The notes under the pieces were generated by a model. That model searched no databases. It worked only from the letters and a program-made list of their open reading frames with translations, and was not told the origin of the DNA. A stretch of 44,830 nucleotides of DNA from Phoronis australis (Eukaryota; Animalia; Phoronida): positions 817,076 through 861,905 of the forward strand of contig NMRA01000022.1 in NCBI GenBank assembly GCA_002633005.1. Direction: 5' to 3'. The stretch's first letter is position 1. Each line of letters opens with the position of its first letter. The translations under genes were made by a program, and so were the position numbers. Positions 41,200 to 44,830 of the stretch are shown here, one piece after another.

Positions 41200-41870
41200 G
41201 CCCTCCACTGCTCTAAAGTTTTACCCGAGGAGTTGAATACCATAACGTTCACTGTCAAGCACAATAAATTTAAAATTACTAAAAACATTTTCGAGACAAA
41301 CGTCTCGATGACGTTTAAATATAATATTGAGTACGAGCACATATTTGTATTAAAGATTTCACTTTGTTTGCCAAAGAAGCAAACTAAAAGTGATAAACAG
41401 ATGGTTCTGTATTCGAGTTAAACACTAGTTGTTTATGAACAGAAACTTTGCATCGAAGCACGTGTAAAACATATGACGAAAAGTCTGGACCTCCGCAGTA
41501 GGAACACTGGTAGGTTTGTGAAATAGAAAATATTTTTAAATTCTTATTTGCATAAATTCTTCTGAGGATGAAAAAATAGTTTAACATTGCCAAATGAGAG
41601 TTTAGGAACACGGGTAAAGGAAGACGGTATATTTCTTTAATTTCGTTACGGTCTGTATAGTAATTGAGTAAAGATACATAATTATCTGGTTTGACAGATA
41701 ACTTGTGCACAAACAGGTTTTTAACCCGTGAATTGGATCTACATGTAAATAAATATCTAATGTTATTACAACTAACATGTCTTCTTTCAGCCCAATCCAA
41801 AATTTCCTGTAGGTCGTTGATTTTCATGACAAGAATCAAAAGTTACACAAAACGAAAACGAAATGATATT
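41200..41870 (-). mobile_element. Decayed 3' fragment of an L1/Tx1-type LINE (zf-RVT region); boundaries approximate
   Basis: The ORF reads IYRLP...LNYFFILRRIYANKNLKIFSISQTYQCSYCG and, after a frameshift near 41486, TFRHMFYTC. Together these give the CxxC..xTxxHxFxxC motif of L1-clade ORF2 C-termini. Confidence 0.65.
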
Positions 41871-44793
41871 TTAGAGAACTATTTTTGACATCTCATTTTA
41901 AACATTTATATCAAATAAAATTTGATCATGTTATTGACACCGTTGTTTTGCCATCGACATATCTTTGTCTTTCTGCTAAATTTTACTGGTCACGTGACTC
42001 AATCAACGGCGCATTGATATAAAGTCAAAAATCAAATTCTGCAGATTATCTTTCAGAAAAATATGTACTTTTACTGAGTTAAATTTTGTAGATATTTGGC
42101 AAAATACAACAGACTTGTCCGTACGGTACTACAAATCCTCACGGAACGTTAAATATAAGACGCGATAAATGTCGTAACTCAAAGGAACGCGACCCAAAAG
42201 CACAGTGTAGGTGTAAACATTGTTAAGTAATATAACGTTTTAGTTGTAAGACACGTCCATTCAGGCGATATCGCACTATGTCGGAATGATGTGTCGGCGG
42301 AGATCTGTGCTCTGCGAGTGCTCTCAAGTTTAGCAAATAGAACTCACTTTCCTTGGGGTCATGCAATGAGTTAGCAACGTCATTGAGTTTCCGTAAGTAG
42401 ATCAACTCTTTTGATTACGTTTGCGGATTTGTAAAAGCCCTCTCGTTCACAATGAAATTGCCATTAACGGCAAGATTATTGAACACTAAAATCAATACAC
42501 CTTCAAATATAGAATTGAGTCAAATGTCTCAAAGGTGTATTGAACCAGAGCACTGTCTTATTTTTAAAAAATCGAAGCTTCACTCAGAGAGACTTGGTGA
42601 TATTCTATCGTCCAGAGAAAACATTGTATGAAGAACTCAAACTACACATTTCTGAAGAGTAGTTTCCGAACCGATCTCGTAAATTGGAATTCCGAGTCGA
42701 AAAATGGTTCTTCTTATTTCAGGCAGGCAATATTTTTGATGATTAAAATTCATCATATCAAGCTAAGTTTTGGTTTTACAGCTCTAATGCATCTGGTTTA
42801 TACGACGAACTGGTTAAAGCACGACTGTCCAAATTAATTTACATTTCTCCTTTTCATTAAACAAATTCTAATGGAAAACAGTTAACCCAAAACTAATTCT
42901 CAAACGATGGCATTAAACAAGATATAGTTTTTCAAAACAAGCAGAATTTTGAGATCACCATTTGATTATCTAGTTTTACACCATTAAACTGCCCGATGAA
43001 GTAAATAAAGAACAAAAACACCGAACTTTTCATAAACGACGAATTAATCTTGATTATAAGACGCAAATGAATATCGGGTTGTAATTTAAGAAATGTTCTT
43101 ACTTAAATATTACCCGTGACTTGTTCTAAACTGGTGACGTCAAAGGAAAGACCCAAAAACGCTACTGTTCAGAAAGTTTTGTAAATTTCGTTGACTTATT
43201 CCGCGACGTTTAATTGCGATATCGAGATTATTACAGTAAGGAATTCAAGGATTTCGTTGACGTAACTACATGAGTTTACAAAACAAACATAATGTTGGAC
43301 TTGAGCTTTTAATACGGCTTCGTTAGCTTGCACAGTTTCACAGATCTGACAGAAATTTCTTGCTTATCCATCAATATTAAATAAATTGCGCTCATTGCTA
43401 TGACAATGGAAATGGGAATCAGTAAGTTGAGTCAAATGTGTAAAAACTTGAGACTGTTCTAACATCCAGGGCGCAAAACATAGTTTTTAATTTCATTTTC
43501 TGGTTTTCTCCAACGATCTGTTTAAATTGATCGGATAACGGTTTTCTAAGGAAACACAGAAAAACAAACATTTTATTAATATTTTACAGAACCAAATCCT
43601 TATAAGTATACCAAAACTGTCGGTAATGCTATCAGTATTTCTACGAAGCTTGCGATCAATGTTTTACATAAAACACCATCTTTATTCGCGATGACACTTT
43701 AAGTCATGTCGAGCCCTTAATCGGCGGGTCAAAATGATCAACTTCAAAGTGTAAGACAAAATAAGAATGGAGTGGTTTATTAAGCCAAAAAGTAACACCC
43801 ACGAACCCCTTTTCAAATTTCCGACAACAATGTAGCGAAGGACGAGTGATCACTTGCCTTATTTCACGGTCGTAAGATTAAACCAAATCATTCGTCACGC
43901 GCCTTTGCGTGAAACAGGTTATCTCAAGGTAAAAGTCGTATAGTAAAATTCCGCGTTTCACAAACTAATTGAACTGTTCACAACGTTAACGATATATGCG
44001 TGCAATGCACCCTTACGTTAGGTGCGGCAGACCGACGTGAGCGATCCGGCGTGATTGTACTTTTCCCGAACTTTGTTCCGTTTATCGTACGAGGAAACAC
44101 TATAACCTACTTCTAAAGGCGAAAGATATGACCAAGTACCGTCGTTGAGCCGATCCCCTTGATCTTAATACGTGTATTCCCTGAGGCAATGTAACAACAC
44201 AACGCTATTCGACTTTCTGATTTACAAATTGCTTCAGTGGGAACAACATGACACTCTCGCTTACGTAAATGCTAATTTCGTTTTAAATGGTCGATGAAAC
44301 TTCTTAAAATAACGTCATTCTCCTCTGAAGGGTTGAAACACATTAAAGACGACTGTAGCTCATTCCAACACAATCCAATGATGGGGAGAAGAGACATTGC
44401 CATCAGCAGATTCACATTTTCGGGGACCTGAAGCTTGATCAGCGAACAGTTACATATAGTAGACTGTCTATGCAATTGAGAAAACTATCAAAAAAAGAGA
44501 TCGCTGAACTACTGTCGGCTCATTATGGAATCGTGAAAAGTTACAAACGTTAATTCGCCAAATTTAATCGTCAAGCTGTGTATTTTATTTCTTAATTAAA
44601 CTCGAGAGCTTTTCCGCATTTAAATAATGGAGCAGCATTTGGGGGTAAATTGGTTTTCAAACAAATGTCTCTCGACCTCACAGATCTGCTTTAGTTTTAT
44701 CTGATATCATAGATGTTGTCAAAGTCAGATATGTAATGAACATCTGCTGGAACAGTTCGCTTTCGTGTAAGATATTCGCCTTGAAATGCGTTG

Positions 44794-44830
44794 CAGGGGC
44801 GGATCCAGGATTTTGAGTTAGGGGGGGGGG
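44794..44830 (+). repeat. Terminus of a dispersed repeat, cut by the window edge
   Basis: Near-identical to 212-250. Confidence 0.6.

Noticed and set aside
44272-44475. ORF with WNEL..SF..HL resembling a CR1/L2 LINE tail
   Set aside because: The similarity is too short to call.

Overview
This is animal genomic DNA, most likely a lophotrochozoan invertebrate such as a mollusc (inferred from the genes and repeats). It holds three protein-coding genes. (1) A GT-AG spliced mitochondrial HSP70 (HSPA9/mortalin) on + has 14 reconstructable coding exons from 737 to 15896 (656 aa); the presequence exon is unresolved at or beyond the left edge. (2) A secreted interleukin-17 family cytokine lies on + at 22976-23617. 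(3) A class A peptide-receptor-like GPCR with a single coding exon lies on - at 37252-38397. Two HSPA9 introns contain snoRNA candidates not visible in the ORF track: an H/ACA RNA resembling SNORA5 (~11646-11791) and a C/D RNA resembling SNORD63 (13634-13715), the snoRNA hosted by vertebrate HSPA9. Three copies and a remnant of a non-autonomous Helentron/DINE-like element carry ~150-bp internal repeats, each with a CTCF-consensus-like motif. The rest consists of MITEs, a decayed L1/Tx1 LINE tail, mini/microsatellites and two single-N assembly marks. Most short ORFs in the track are spurious. All homology calls come from manual reading and recalled family motifs; no searches were run.
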